From the NCBI GenBank assembly GCA_038232935.1, contig JBBSMX010000005.1:1-61480 (forward strand): a stretch of DNA of 61,480 bases, given 5' to 3'. Shown piece after piece: positions 38,141-47,849 of this stretch (positions within the stretch are counted from its first letter, which is position 1; each line of letters starts with the position of its first letter). Source of the DNA: Rhodothermales bacterium. Its GTDB lineage: Bacteria; Bacteroidota; Rhodothermia; Rhodothermales; JANQRZ01. Below the pieces are notes generated by a model. The model was not told the origin of the DNA. It made no database searches and saw nothing but the letters and a program-made list of their open reading frames with translations. The position numbers and the translations under genes are program-made.

Positions 38141-40857
38141 CACGCGGCTCCCTCCCGACCGTTCGGCGATGCACCATCGAAGCGGAGGCGATAGGTATGG
38201 ATGCGGAACGGCGGCCACGTGTCGCGGAGCGTGCTCCCGTCGGTCGGGACCCGCTCGCCGTCGTGCTCCTCCAGGTTGGTGCGCCGGACCTCGACCGGAG
38301 ATTCTCCGAAATTGATCTGTCCATTCACCGACGTCGGCGCAGGATTATAGACGCGGAGCACGAGACCCTCGCCGTCCTGTGCTTCTTTAAGCGCGCTCAG
38401 CACGAGGGCGCTCGGCATGATGCGGAGGAAGGACGAATCAGGACCGATGGCGCTCCGCTTCCCTGCTTTCCACGCGATGGGGAGCACGAACGATTCGGAG
38501 GCTTCGTGGATCAGCGGCAGTTGCTCCACCCACCCGGTTGCGTGGGGGAGAAACGCGTAGCGGAACCGGTGCTCGCCCGGGCACTGCGCCTCCGGCGTCG
38601 CATTTCGCCACCCGCCCTGCCCTCCCGGCCGCATGAGCAGTTCGTCACGGCCCAACTCGCCGACGCACCGGAGCAGCGTCAGTGCGAGGACGCCTCCGCT
38701 GTCATGCTTCAGCTCGTACTCCGGCAGCCCGTCTGCCAGCATCGTGGCACCGCCCGCGTCGTCTTCGGCCGTGACGAAGCGGTGCATCGGCGCGACGGCC
38801 GCGGGCACTTCGATCTCGAAGTCGGCCGGGTCGTACGTGTGCTGCTCGCGCGCGAGGACAGCGAAAGCGTTGTCGGCGTGGTGATGATTGGTCGCTCTGC
38901 CCGTCTCGAACACGACGCGGAGGCGATGATCCCGGATCGTGTTGTCCACCGTCGTTTCGAACGTGACGTGCCGGCTGAACGGCGTCAGCAGCGCGGTCGT
39001 CGAGATGACGAGCGGCGTCGTCTCGGCAGTCCGAGCGGCGAGGTCGGGCGTCAGCTGACTCGGGAGCGGCCACGTGGCCGTCACGCGCAGCCCGCGCTCG
39101 AACAGGCCGGAGACGGCCTCAACCTCGATGTGGGCTCCTTCGGTCGAGCGAAGAACCTGATCGTTCGGGGGAGGCGAGTAGTTGTACTCGTCGCCTGCAT
39201 CGGCACCGTCCTCGAAGTACCCGAGCGGCCCGAATGAGCAGCCCGTCGTCTTGTCGTGGACCTGGAACGCCCCACGCTCCCCTACCTCCACGCGCACGAA
39301 GCGGTTCTCGACGGAGCGGTCGTCGCCCGTGAGGTCGGGAGCTTCGGCTACCTCGAACGCTGCCGTCCGCTCGACGCGGAGCGTCCGGAAGCCGAGCGGC
39401 GGCAGCGCAGTGAGCGGGATGCGGACGGTGAAGATCTCGTCGCGACTCTGCTGGGGGTAGTCGAAGCGCGAATACGCGATCCCGTAACGCTCCTCGTGTC
39501 CTACGATCTCGAAGGGCACGGACGAGCCCCCGGCGTCCACCAGCCGGAAGCCTTCGACCGGCGGGCGCGGCGGTGCGGGCACCACATCGGGGTTGAGCCC
39601 GACGACGACCTGCTGCTTGAAAAAGGCGACATCGCACGTGACGACGGCGTCCCGCTCGAACGGCGACGGGTTGAAGAAGGTGAGCCGCTGGGCGTCCCCC
39701 GCTTCGCCCTCGGCGTCCGGGGCCAGCGTCCTCCACGCGAACTCCTCGATGCCGCGCGCCAGCCCGTCCAGCTTCTCGAACCGCGTCGTCATCTCGCGGT
39801 GAACCGGGTCGATGGAGCAGCCGCAGATCGAGTCGTGCGGGTGGTTCTGAAGGAGGAGGTCCCAGCCCGCTTCGATGAGGGCCTGCTGCGATGAAGCGCC
39901 CGCCCGCACAGCCAACGCGTCCATTGGCTCGATGTAGCGCTCGAGGCGGCGCTGCGCTGCGGCGTTCGCCTGCTTCAGGGGCATCCGACTCGAATAGACT
40001 CCGCCCGTCACGTTGAAGGCCCACCGGTACCCGAATCGTAGCTCGCCATCGACGCGCGGCAGGTCGCGGCCCCGAGCACCCCGCTGGAGCGCGCCGGCGA
40101 ACCGCGTGAGGGTGCTGAAAGCCACGTCGTAGTCGCTGCCGCCGACCGCGTCGAGGCGGGCGATGACATCGGGGAGGTCGCGGGCGGGCCAGTGGTGGTC
40201 GCCGCCGCTCAGCACGAGACGCTCGTCGGTGCGCGCCCGGCCGTCGATGCGCACGCGGAACTCGTCGAACCGCTCGAGCGCTTCGTCCAGAGGGGTCGAC
40301 GCGAAGTAGGCCGCGCTGTAGCCTACGTTGGAGAGGTGCTCCATGAGCACGTCGGAACCGTCGGGGCTGCGCCACCGGTACTCGGAAGACTCCTGGCCGG
40401 GCTCGCCGCCGAACCCACGCCAGACGATGGCCGTCTCCATGTTGAACCCGCGCAGGATCTGCGGGATCTGGGCTGTATGGCCGAACGAGTCGGGGATGTA
40501 GCCGACGTCCATGCTGGCGCCGAACGAGCGAGCCGCCGCGCGCCCGCGCATCAGGTTGCGAATGAGGGCCTCGCCGCTGACCAGGAACGTATCGGGGAGG
40601 ACGTACCACGGTCCCAGCGCGAGGCGTCCCTCCGAAACGAAGCGCTCGATCTGTGCTCGCTTCTCCGGCCGCACCGCGAGGTAGTCCTCCACGACGATGG
40701 TCTGACCATCGAGCAGGAAGCTCTCGAAATCTGGACGCTCCTCTAGAATCGTCAGCAGGTCGTCCAGCATGTGAACGAGCCGGACGCGGAAGTGGTCGAA
40801 CGTGAGGTACCACTCCCGGTCCCAGTGACTGTGCGGTATGATGTGGTAGGTCGTCAT
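38140..40857 (-). CDS. GH38 alpha-mannosidase / mannosylglycerate hydrolase-like
   Basis: HSHWDREWY, LDGQ, GPWY.LPD, PDSFGH..Q.PQ, GGDH, HPHDSICGCS.D and LTLLR motifs. Confidence 0.9.
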   Translation of the reverse strand: MTTYHIIPHSHWDREWYLTFDHFRVRLVHMLDDLLTILEERPDFESFLLDGQTIVVEDYLAVRPEKRAQIERFVSEGRLALGPWYVLPDTFLVSGEALIRNLMRGRAAARSFGASMDVGYIPDSFGHTAQIPQILRGFNMETAIVWRGFGGEPGQESSEYRWRSPDGSDVLMEHLSNVGYSAAYFASTPLDEALERFDEFRVRIDGRARTDERLVLSGGDHHWPARDLPDVIARLDAVGGSDYDVAFSTLTRFAGALQRGARGRDLPRVDGELRFGYRWAFNVTGGVYSSRMPLKQANAAAQRRLERYIEPMDALAVRAGASSQQALIEAGWDLLLQNHPHDSICGCSIDPVHREMTTRFEKLDGLARGIEEFAWRTLAPDAEGEAGDAQRLTFFNPSPFERDAVVTCDVAFFKQQVVVGLNPDVVPAPPRPPVEGFRLVDAGGSSVPFEIVGHEERYGIAYSRFDYPQQSRDEIFTVRIPLTALPPLGFRTLRVERTAAFEVAEAPDLTGDDRSVENRFVRVEVGERGAFQVHDKTTGCSFGPLGYFEDGADAGDEYNYSPPPNDQVLRSTEGAHIEVEAVSGLFERGLRVTATWPLPSQLTPDLAARTAETTPLVISTTALLTPFSRHVTFETTVDNTIRDHRLRVVFETGRATNHHHADNAFAVLAREQHTYDPADFEIEVPAAVAPMHRFVTAEDDAGGATMLADGLPEYELKHDSGGVLALTLLRCVGELGRDELLMRPGGQGGWRNATPEAQCPGEHRFRYAFLPHATGWVEQLPLIHEASESFVLPIAWKAGKRSAIGPDSSFLRIMPSALVLSALKEAQDGEGLVLRVYNPAPTSVNGQINFGESPVEVRRTNLEEHDGERVPTDGSTLRDTWPPFRIHTYRLRFDGASPNGREGAA

Positions 40858-42716
40858 CGGCGCGCGGGGCTCCTCGGGGCAGACTCCGACTCGTCCACCC
40901 AGTCGGTGATCGTCAGCGCGTCGAAGTCGAGCCGGCGTTGCAGCGGGCCGTCATGCAGGTCAAGGGCATGGCTCCCCGCTTCGGCGTGCATGAACGGCCC
41001 GTCGAAGAGCGGCCAGTCGTCGTAGTCCACCGGCTCCCCGTCGATCGTCGGCGTTTCGCCGTAGGTGGCGACGAGACGGTGCCCGTTGAGCGCGGTGAAG
41101 CGGACGCTCGGGACGGGCTCGGTGCTCGTCTCCAAGGGGAGCGCGCGGACGGCCGCTTTGAAGGCCTCGAACGAGGCGTACGCCGAGATAGGCGCGACCT
41201 GCACCACAGCCCCGTTCTTGAGCGCCGTGCTGTGCAGCCGCCACACGTCCTCCTCCTCGGTCCACGTATAGGGCGCCAGCGGGTAGTACGCGATGAACGC
41301 ATCACCGCCCCGAGCGAAGATCCAGCCCGATTCGTCCTCATCGCGCGCGGCGAGGGCCTTCGGGAAGAAGCCGCTGATGAACGGGAAGCGGGTGCCGGGC
41401 TCGAGGTCGTAGAGGGCAATCAGCGCGTCCTCGTGCTGCACGACTTGCTCGTAGGGCGAGCCCCCCGTCCACTTGTCCGGCAGGTCGTAGGTCGACTTGG
41501 AGCGCGAGACGGCTTCGGTCAGGTTCTCGGGCTCCTCGGGGAAGTACATCGCCAGCTCGTCGCTCGACGAGTACGGGTGCATCGTGAATACCATCGTGTG
41601 GCTGTCCGTGGGGCTCTGGGGACGCCAGAACACCTCCCACGTGTGCTGCTGGATCGGCTGGAGCAGCCCGCCCTGGATGGAGCCGACAGCATACTCCGAC
41701 CGCATGTAGGTGGTCTTGTAGACGCGCACGTTCTTGACGTCGCTGTACCGGATGCGGTGGCGCGTACGCTTCAGCTCGCGGTGGACATAGGGCTCGCTGC
41801 GGTCCGTGGCGATGGCGGCGAGCACGGCTGGCGGCTCGTAGCCGCTCATCGCGAGCGCCGCCGACTCGCCGCGCGGCAGGAACGGCGTGTTGCCGAAGAG
41901 CAGCCAGGCAAAGCTGGTGCTGTTGTTGTTCCACCGGTCGAAGAGGGGGTCCGGGTAGATCCGGCTGAATGCGCCGACGTAGACCCCATCGAGCGACTCC
42001 ACGGCGAAGTCGGCGAGGAGGTAGTCGAGCATCATGTGCGCCCGCAGCCGCATGGCCGGATCGTCGGCGAACCCGTACAGGTTCGACATCGCGACGAGGT
42101 AGAAGGCGATGTACACCGGCGAGTCGAACTCGCCCTGCCCCGTCGCCGTCGTCAGGTCGATCCACGAGAGGAGGTAGTCGCGCGCCTCCTCGTGGTTCTC
42201 CTGCGAGCTCCGCCCGTTGAACCACGTCTCAGCGGGGTCATCCGGATAGAGCTGCGTGATCAGGTAGAGCGAGGTGTAGTACATCGCCCAGTGGTTTTCG
42301 GTGTCGCCGCGATAGGGCCGGTACGTGCGCCAGAGGTCGCGCATTCGGCGCCGCGTCGGCTCGGGCAGCACGTCCCGCCCGAGATACGTTGCGAGCACCG
42401 TCGGGTACATCCAGAACATGTCGCCGCCGGGGTGCTGCATGAGCGAGTCGAGCCGGGCGACGCACCAGTCGAGGTTGGTGCGACGGTATAGGTTCGCGGC
42501 GATCTCGAAGTAGCCGCCCTGTGTGAGGTCCGAGGGATCGACCTGGTGGGCGTAGAAGTCGACGAGGGAGTCGGCGCGGGCGTGGTAGGCGCGGAGCCGC
42601 TCGGCCTCGTCGGAGCGGGGTTGCGCGGCCACGGTCGGCGCGGCGAGCAGCAGACCGAGCACGAGGTACATCACGTGCAGGCGGCGGTCGCTACGGACGA
42701 TGCGGTGCGTCGTCAT
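40854..42716 (-). CDS. Secreted hypothetical protein, possible lyase-like (paralog A)
   Basis: Colinear with 33989..35875 (GDMFWMYP, YRGDTENHW, GEFDSPVY, GGLLQPIQQ); start 42716. Confidence 0.5.
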   Translation of the reverse strand: MTTHRIVRSDRRLHVMYLVLGLLLAAPTVAAQPRSDEAERLRAYHARADSLVDFYAHQVDPSDLTQGGYFEIAANLYRRTNLDWCVARLDSLMQHPGGDMFWMYPTVLATYLGRDVLPEPTRRRMRDLWRTYRPYRGDTENHWAMYYTSLYLITQLYPDDPAETWFNGRSSQENHEEARDYLLSWIDLTTATGQGEFDSPVYIAFYLVAMSNLYGFADDPAMRLRAHMMLDYLLADFAVESLDGVYVGAFSRIYPDPLFDRWNNNSTSFAWLLFGNTPFLPRGESAALAMSGYEPPAVLAAIATDRSEPYVHRELKRTRHRIRYSDVKNVRVYKTTYMRSEYAVGSIQGGLLQPIQQHTWEVFWRPQSPTDSHTMVFTMHPYSSSDELAMYFPEEPENLTEAVSRSKSTYDLPDKWTGGSPYEQVVQHEDALIALYDLEPGTRFPFISGFFPKALAARDEDESGWIFARGGDAFIAYYPLAPYTWTEEEDVWRLHSTALKNGAVVQVAPISAYASFEAFKAAVRALPLETSTEPVPSVRFTALNGHRLVATYGETPTIDGEPVDYDDWPLFDGPFMHAEAGSHALDLHDGPLQRRLDFDALTITDWVDESESAPRSPARR

Positions 42717-43711
42717 GGCGTCCCTCCGATGAAGGCCAGTTCGTAGACGGTCGCCCCGGCGAGCCCCCGGTGGGCCCAGGTGCGCCCCCCGTCGTCGGAG
42801 GAAAAGACGCCGCGCCCTATGGTTCCAGCCCAGATCCTCCCCGGCTGAATGGGATCGAAGGCGAGCGCGTGGACCGACGCGTCGGCCAATCCTTCCGTGC
42901 GATGCCAGCGGCGGCCGCTGTCGGTGCTCACGTAACAGCCGGTGTGGAAGCCCATCGCCGCGACCCGATTCGAGTCGGTCGGATCGAACGCGACGGCGTA
43001 GATCGTCTCGTCGGCGAGTGCGCCCGAGGCGGCCTGCCAGGTGGCGCCGCCGTCGGTGGAGCGGAGGACGCCGTGGTCCTGCGTGCCGGCTAGCCAGCGG
43101 CTCAGCTCGGCCACGCTTTGCCGAACCGATCGGATCGGCACGTCGCGCGGCCCAACGGGCGTCCAGTGCTGTGCCCCGTCGGTGCTCAGATACAGCCCGT
43201 GCTCGCTGCCTACGATGACGCGCCCGGCGTGTGTGCGATCCACGGCAATGCTCTGCGTGAATGGCAGGGGCTCGATCCCGTCGTTCGACCGCGTCCACGT
43301 CTCGCCTTGGTCCGGGGAGCGCCACACGCCGTAGGCCGAAGCGAGGACCACGTGGCCGGGCGCGTTCGGATCGACGGCCACATCGAGCACCTCCGTGATC
43401 TGCCAGCCGGTGGTGACGCGCCATGACGCCCCCTCATCGGCAGACCGCAGGACCCCGTTGCCGGCAGCCAAGTAGAGCGTGCCCGGATCGTGCGGGTCGG
43501 CGGCCACGCCGAAGTCGCGGAGTGTAGCCCACCCGAGGTGGGTCCAGGTGGTGTCGCCCTCGAACCGATGCAGCCCACTCGGCGCATTCGCCGCGCCGAC
43601 GATGAACGTCTTCGCTTCGACGACGGCAGCGTAGAGCGTCGGCGGCTCGCTCTGGGAGCGGGCCGTCGGCAGGCTGCCGAGGAGAGCGAGGAAGAGGGCG
43701 AGTGTCCGCAT
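42713..43711 (-). CDS. Secreted BNR/Asp-box beta-propeller protein (paralog A)
   Basis: Short signal peptide MRTLALFLALLG; repeated SxDGGxTW; colinear with 32802..33992. Confidence 0.78.
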   Translation of the reverse strand: MRTLALFLALLGSLPTARSQSEPPTLYAAVVEAKTFIVGAANAPSGLHRFEGDTTWTHLGWATLRDFGVAADPHDPGTLYLAAGNGVLRSADEGASWRVTTGWQITEVLDVAVDPNAPGHVVLASAYGVWRSPDQGETWTRSNDGIEPLPFTQSIAVDRTHAGRVIVGSEHGLYLSTDGAQHWTPVGPRDVPIRSVRQSVAELSRWLAGTQDHGVLRSTDGGATWQAASGALADETIYAVAFDPTDSNRVAAMGFHTGCYVSTDSGRRWHRTEGLADASVHALAFDPIQPGRIWAGTIGRGVFSSDDGGRTWAHRGLAGATVYELAFIGGTP

Positions 43712-43713
43712 GG

Positions 43714-44766
43714 TCAGTCGATCAGGGGGGCTTCTCGAAGCATGGGAACCGACTGCGGCGCGTGGGTCTGGACGGACTGCTGGAGCGCCTCGACGACGGC
43801 GAGGGCCTGCAACCCGCTCCACCCGTCAGACTCCGGGGCGACGCGGTTCAGCAGCGCCTCGCTGAAGACTTCCATCTGGCGCGCGTAACTCTCGATGTCG
43901 TACGCACGAAAGTCGGCCGTCTCAGCCGGCCCGTCGCCGTTCCCGTCGGTGGCCTCAGTCGATCGGAACCAGGTCGTGTGGGGCGTCATCCGCAGCGTGC
44001 CGTCCGTCCCGGCGATGCGGATCTCGAAAAGGACCTGCGTGCAGTAGTTGCTCACCATCGTCCCGATGGGGCCGTCTCCGACCCGCAGGGCGGCTGTCAC
44101 GCTGTCCGTCACCTCCGGCCGCGTCGTCACCGACCGCGCGAAGGCGTAGACCTCGTCGATCGGGCCGAGCAGGAAGTGAATGAGGTCGATGCCGTGGATG
44201 CCGAGTTGCATCACGGGCAGCAGCGGGCACTGGTCGGGGCGCAGCCGCCAGGCATCGGCCGCGAGGTGGCGCGTGTTGGCAGCGGAGAAATGGATCTCAA
44301 AGGAGACGACCTCCCCCAGCTGCCCAGCCGCCAGCGTCTCGCGAGCCCATGCGGCCGTACGACTGAAGCGCATGTTGTGACCCACCATCATGATCTGGCC
44401 GGCCGCGTCAGCGGCCTCCGCCATCGCGCGACCGTCCGCGACCGTGTTCGCAATGGGCTTCTCGACGAACACGTCGAGCCCGGCCGCGAGGGCCGCCTCC
44501 ACCTGAGCCCGGTGGAGATGGTTGGGCGTCACGAGAACCACCGCGTCCACGTCGTCGCGCGCCAGCATCGCTTCATACGAGGCCGCGCGCGCGCATCCGA
44601 ACCGGCTCGCCGCCGCCTCGGCCTCGGCCTCGGCTGGATCGAACACCGCCGTCACACGGAGATCGGCGACTCGCTCGACGGCGGCCTGGATCGTCTTACC
44701 GTGGCCCCCCAGGCCCGCGATGGCCACGCGGACGGGCCCTCGTTCTTTGGTCGTGTCGACGCTCAT
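43714..44766 (-). CDS. Gfo/Idh/MocA family oxidoreductase
   Basis: AIAGLGGHG, TPNHLH, VFVEKP, VGHNMRF and GIH.ID motifs. Confidence 0.88.
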   Translation of the reverse strand: MSVDTTKERGPVRVAIAGLGGHGKTIQAAVERVADLRVTAVFDPAEAEAEAAASRFGCARAASYEAMLARDDVDAVVLVTPNHLHRAQVEAALAAGLDVFVEKPIANTVADGRAMAEAADAAGQIMMVGHNMRFSRTAAWARETLAAGQLGEVVSFEIHFSAANTRHLAADAWRLRPDQCPLLPVMQLGIHGIDLIHFLLGPIDEVYAFARSVTTRPEVTDSVTAALRVGDGPIGTMVSNYCTQVLFEIRIAGTDGTLRMTPHTTWFRSTEATDGNGDGPAETADFRAYDIESYARQMEVFSEALLNRVAPESDGWSGLQALAVVEALQQSVQTHAPQSVPMLREAPLID

Positions 44767-45575
44767 GGGATCTCACTCATTAGGGTGCGCAGCGCCTCCA
44801 GGCTCCTCCTGGAGCTTTCCAGCAGCGGCACGCAATGTGTTTCAAGAGTCACGTGGGCCAGTTCTGTCTCCTTAGTGATCCACGCGAGGAGGTCGCGCCA
44901 CGGCACGATCCCTTCTCCTACAGGCCGCCACGGTGCCTCGGCGTCGTCCGGGGTGAAGTCCTTGACGTGGACGCCCGCGAGGAACGGACGCAAGGCGGCG
45001 AACCCTTCGTAGTCGGGCACGACGCCCCCCCATTGCAGGTTCGCCGGGTCCCAGTTTGCCCGAAGGGCCGGGTGGCCGATCTCCTCGAACATCGCCGCCG
45101 TCTCGGCCGGCGTGTCGATCCAGAAGCCCGGCTCGTTCTCGACGGTGACGACCATCCCGGCCTCTGCTGCGGCCTCCGCCACTCGCTCGAATGCTCGCAT
45201 CGCGACGAGACGGTTGGAGGGCGGCTCGTCCGTCGCGCGCTCGAATCCGAACACGTTCAAGATGGGGCACTCGAACCGCCGAGCCAGTTCGATGCCAGCG
45301 GGAAGCGTCGAAGCCAACTCCGCCTCGGTGCGCTTTGCGTCGGAGGCTGAGCCTTTCAGGATGCCGGGCGAGACGGACGTGACGCGCGCGCCCGACCGCA
45401 CCTGGTCCTCGACGAGGCCGATCTCCCGCGGCGTGAAGCGGGGGAACCGCGCCGCGCCGCCCTCGCGGAGTTCGAACCGCTCGATCCCCCAGCCCGCAGC
45501 GACGGCCAGCGCCTCCTCCAGGTCCCGGGAGATCTCGTCCGTGACCACGCCGATGGATAGGACTCTACTCGGCAT
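44763..45575 (-). CDS. Sugar phosphate isomerase/epimerase (AP_endonuc_2 TIM barrel)
   Basis: TDEIS, VENE, NWDPAN, VHVKD, GEG.V and LETH motifs. Confidence 0.85.
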   Translation of the reverse strand: MPSRVLSIGVVTDEISRDLEEALAVAAGWGIERFELREGGAARFPRFTPREIGLVEDQVRSGARVTSVSPGILKGSASDAKRTEAELASTLPAGIELARRFECPILNVFGFERATDEPPSNRLVAMRAFERVAEAAAEAGMVVTVENEPGFWIDTPAETAAMFEEIGHPALRANWDPANLQWGGVVPDYEGFAALRPFLAGVHVKDFTPDDAEAPWRPVGEGIVPWRDLLAWITKETELAHVTLETHCVPLLESSRRSLEALRTLMSEIP

Positions 45576-46905
45576 AGGCGGCCTCCCTTCGATCTCGGTT
45601 CACGCGCAGCAGTGCATCGATGTCTCCTGCGGCGCGTTCGAGCATCTCATCCCGGCCGATCCGGCCGTAGCAGAAGCGCTCGATGTAAGCGCCGAGGATG
45701 TCCAGGGCCCGGTCTGACCGCGGGAACCGGGGCGGCACCGCGACGCGCTGCTCGATAAAGGCCCGCAGGTTGGGGTCATCCTGATACCGGGGGAGCGAGG
45801 CGATGGAACGGGTCACCGGGAGCAGCCCGCCGATGGAGGCGTAGCGGCCGTAGGCCTCGTCACTCAGGAGGAACTGAACGAACTGCCAGGCGGCGTCCTG
45901 GTTGGGCGAATCGTTGCTCACGCTGAAGATGTACGACCCGCCCGAACTGATGGAGGCCACGTCGGCTGGAATGGGGGCAACGCCGAAGTCCAGGTCCGGG
46001 TAGTTCTCGTGTAACCAGCGGATCACGTGTGCTTCGCGCAGGAACATGGCCTCGCGCCCCTGCCCGAAGCCCTGCTGATCGCCTTCGAGCGAGATGGAGT
46101 CGATGTTTCGGCCGAACAGGACGTCGCCGTAGAAGTCGAGCGCCCGGCGTCCGGCGTCGGAGTTGAACTGAGCCCGCGTGCCATCTTCGCTGAAGGGCTG
46201 GCCGCCGGCCGAGTAGAGGAACGTCAGCCACTTCTCGGCTGTGCCCGGCTTGAAGCCGGTCTTCCGCAGCGATAGACCTGCTCGGATGGGGTTGCCCTCC
46301 GCGTCGCGCAGGGTGAGGCGATCAGCATAGTCGAGGAGTTCGTCCCAGGTCTCGGGCGGGCGCTCAGGGTCGAGCCCAGCCTCGCGGAACATCTGCTTGT
46401 TGTAATAGAGCTCCTGCCAGACGGCGTCGTTCACGATCCCGTAGAGCGTGCCGTCGACGTACGGCGCCTGCCGGACCATCTCGTTGACGCTGTTCTCCTG
46501 TACCATCCGCTCGATGGCTGGCGGCGCCGGCGCCGCCAGCCCGAGCCGCGCGAACGTGGCGACGGCGTTCTCCCCGACGAGGAAGACATCCGGCGTCTGC
46601 CCGCTGGCGAAGCGCAGCCGCAGCTTGATCTCGAAGTCCTTGAGGGAGCTGCCCGGGAACTGCTCGATGAGCACGTCGACGTTCGGGTGCCGCTCCTCGT
46701 ACGTCCGCTCGGCCCAGTCGTAGTAGGCCACCTGGTCGGTGCTGATGAGGAGGAGGAACACGCGCACGGGGACCCGCCCGTCGGGCGTGCGCTCCGGCTG
46801 CGCCGAGCGGCACCCCAGTGGGAGTCCCGCCAGCACGAGCACGGCGCACAGCGCGGCCGTCCAGCGTACCGACGCGGGGGCGCTATGGGAGGCGGCGCGC
46901 CTCAT
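45565..46905 (-). CDS. Sugar ABC transporter substrate-binding lipoprotein
   Basis: Lipobox LPLGC; G.TPDVF, DG.LYG, LYYNK.MF.EAGL and P.TWDEL motifs; start 46905. Confidence 0.88.
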   Translation of the reverse strand: MRRAASHSAPASVRWTAALCAVLVLAGLPLGCRSAQPERTPDGRVPVRVFLLLISTDQVAYYDWAERTYEERHPNVDVLIEQFPGSSLKDFEIKLRLRFASGQTPDVFLVGENAVATFARLGLAAPAPPAIERMVQENSVNEMVRQAPYVDGTLYGIVNDAVWQELYYNKQMFREAGLDPERPPETWDELLDYADRLTLRDAEGNPIRAGLSLRKTGFKPGTAEKWLTFLYSAGGQPFSEDGTRAQFNSDAGRRALDFYGDVLFGRNIDSISLEGDQQGFGQGREAMFLREAHVIRWLHENYPDLDFGVAPIPADVASISSGGSYIFSVSNDSPNQDAAWQFVQFLLSDEAYGRYASIGGLLPVTRSIASLPRYQDDPNLRAFIEQRVAVPPRFPRSDRALDILGAYIERFCYGRIGRDEMLERAAGDIDALLRVNRDRREAAYAE

Positions 46906-47849
46906 CCTTTCAGCCCCGTCATCGTCACACCCTGGATGAACTGGCGCTGCATGAAGAGGAAGAAGATCACGATCGGTGCCACCGCCACCGTCGCCGCCGC
47001 CATCATCTTGACGTACTGGGGGTTGTTGATGTCCGAGAAGCTGAGGATGCCGACCTCGATGGGCTTGAGCGCCTCGCTGTTGAGCACGATCAGCGGCCAC
47101 AGGAAGTCGCTCCACGACCACATAAACAGGAAGATGCTGTAGGCGGCGAGCGTCGGCCGGATGAGCGGGAGGATCACGTGGAAGTAGATCCGCATCGTAC
47201 CCGCCCCGTCGAGGCGGGCCGCTTCGAGGAGGGAGTCGGGGATGCTGCGGATCGTCTGGCGGAAGAGGAAGATGCCGAGCGGCTCCATCAGCCCGACCAC
47301 GACGACGCCCCAGTAGGTATCCACCCACCCGAACTGCACCATCATCTCGTAGAGCGTGAGCATCTTGATCTGGAACGGCACCATCATCGTGACGATGATC
47401 GCGCCGAAGATCCAGTCGCGGCCGGGGAAGACCATCTTGGCGAAGACGAACCCGGCGAGCGAGCAGAAGAACAGGCTCGGGATCATACGGAAGCCGGTGT
47501 AGAGCGCGCTGTTGAGGAAGTAGCGCAGCATCGGCCGCTCGGTGAAGACGGCCTGGTAGTTCTCCCACGTCAGCGGGTGCGGCCACATCCCCTTCAGCAC
47601 CGCGAGGAGGTGGCGCGGCGTGTCGAAGAACGACTCGGCATCGGCGGGGGTCTTGAGCGAGGTCAGCACCATCCACACCAGCGGCCCGACCATCACAACC
47701 ACGCCGAGGATCAGCACGGCGTGCATCGCCCACCGCCCGACCGGCCAGCGCCGCCGCGCCGAGCGTGCCGGTGGCCGCACGTCCGCCGGCTGCTCCGCGA
47801 TCTGGCGGGCCGCTTCGGCTTCGGTCAGGATGGCGGTCGATTCGGGCAT
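46902..47849 (-). CDS. Carbohydrate ABC permease (MalG type)
   Basis: TM helices, TSLK, ENY, and EAA loop IPDSLLEAARLDGAG; start 47849. Confidence 0.9.
   Translation of the reverse strand: MPESTAILTEAEAARQIAEQPADVRPPARSARRRWPVGRWAMHAVLILGVVVMVGPLVWMVLTSLKTPADAESFFDTPRHLLAVLKGMWPHPLTWENYQAVFTERPMLRYFLNSALYTGFRMIPSLFFCSLAGFVFAKMVFPGRDWIFGAIIVTMMVPFQIKMLTLYEMMVQFGWVDTYWGVVVVGLMEPLGIFLFRQTIRSIPDSLLEAARLDGAGTMRIYFHVILPLIRPTLAAYSIFLFMWSWSDFLWPLIVLNSEALKPIEVGILSFSDINNPQYVKMMAAATVAVAPIVIFFLFMQRQFIQGVTMTGLKG

Noticed and set aside
26771..47733. Apparent long N-terminal extensions or fusions in the ORF track (26771..28411, 31967..33442, 32802..35090, 40854..43424, 45565..47733)
   Set aside because: Extensions are Arg/Gly-rich off-frame readings of the upstream gene; real starts lie at the coupled ATGs given in features.
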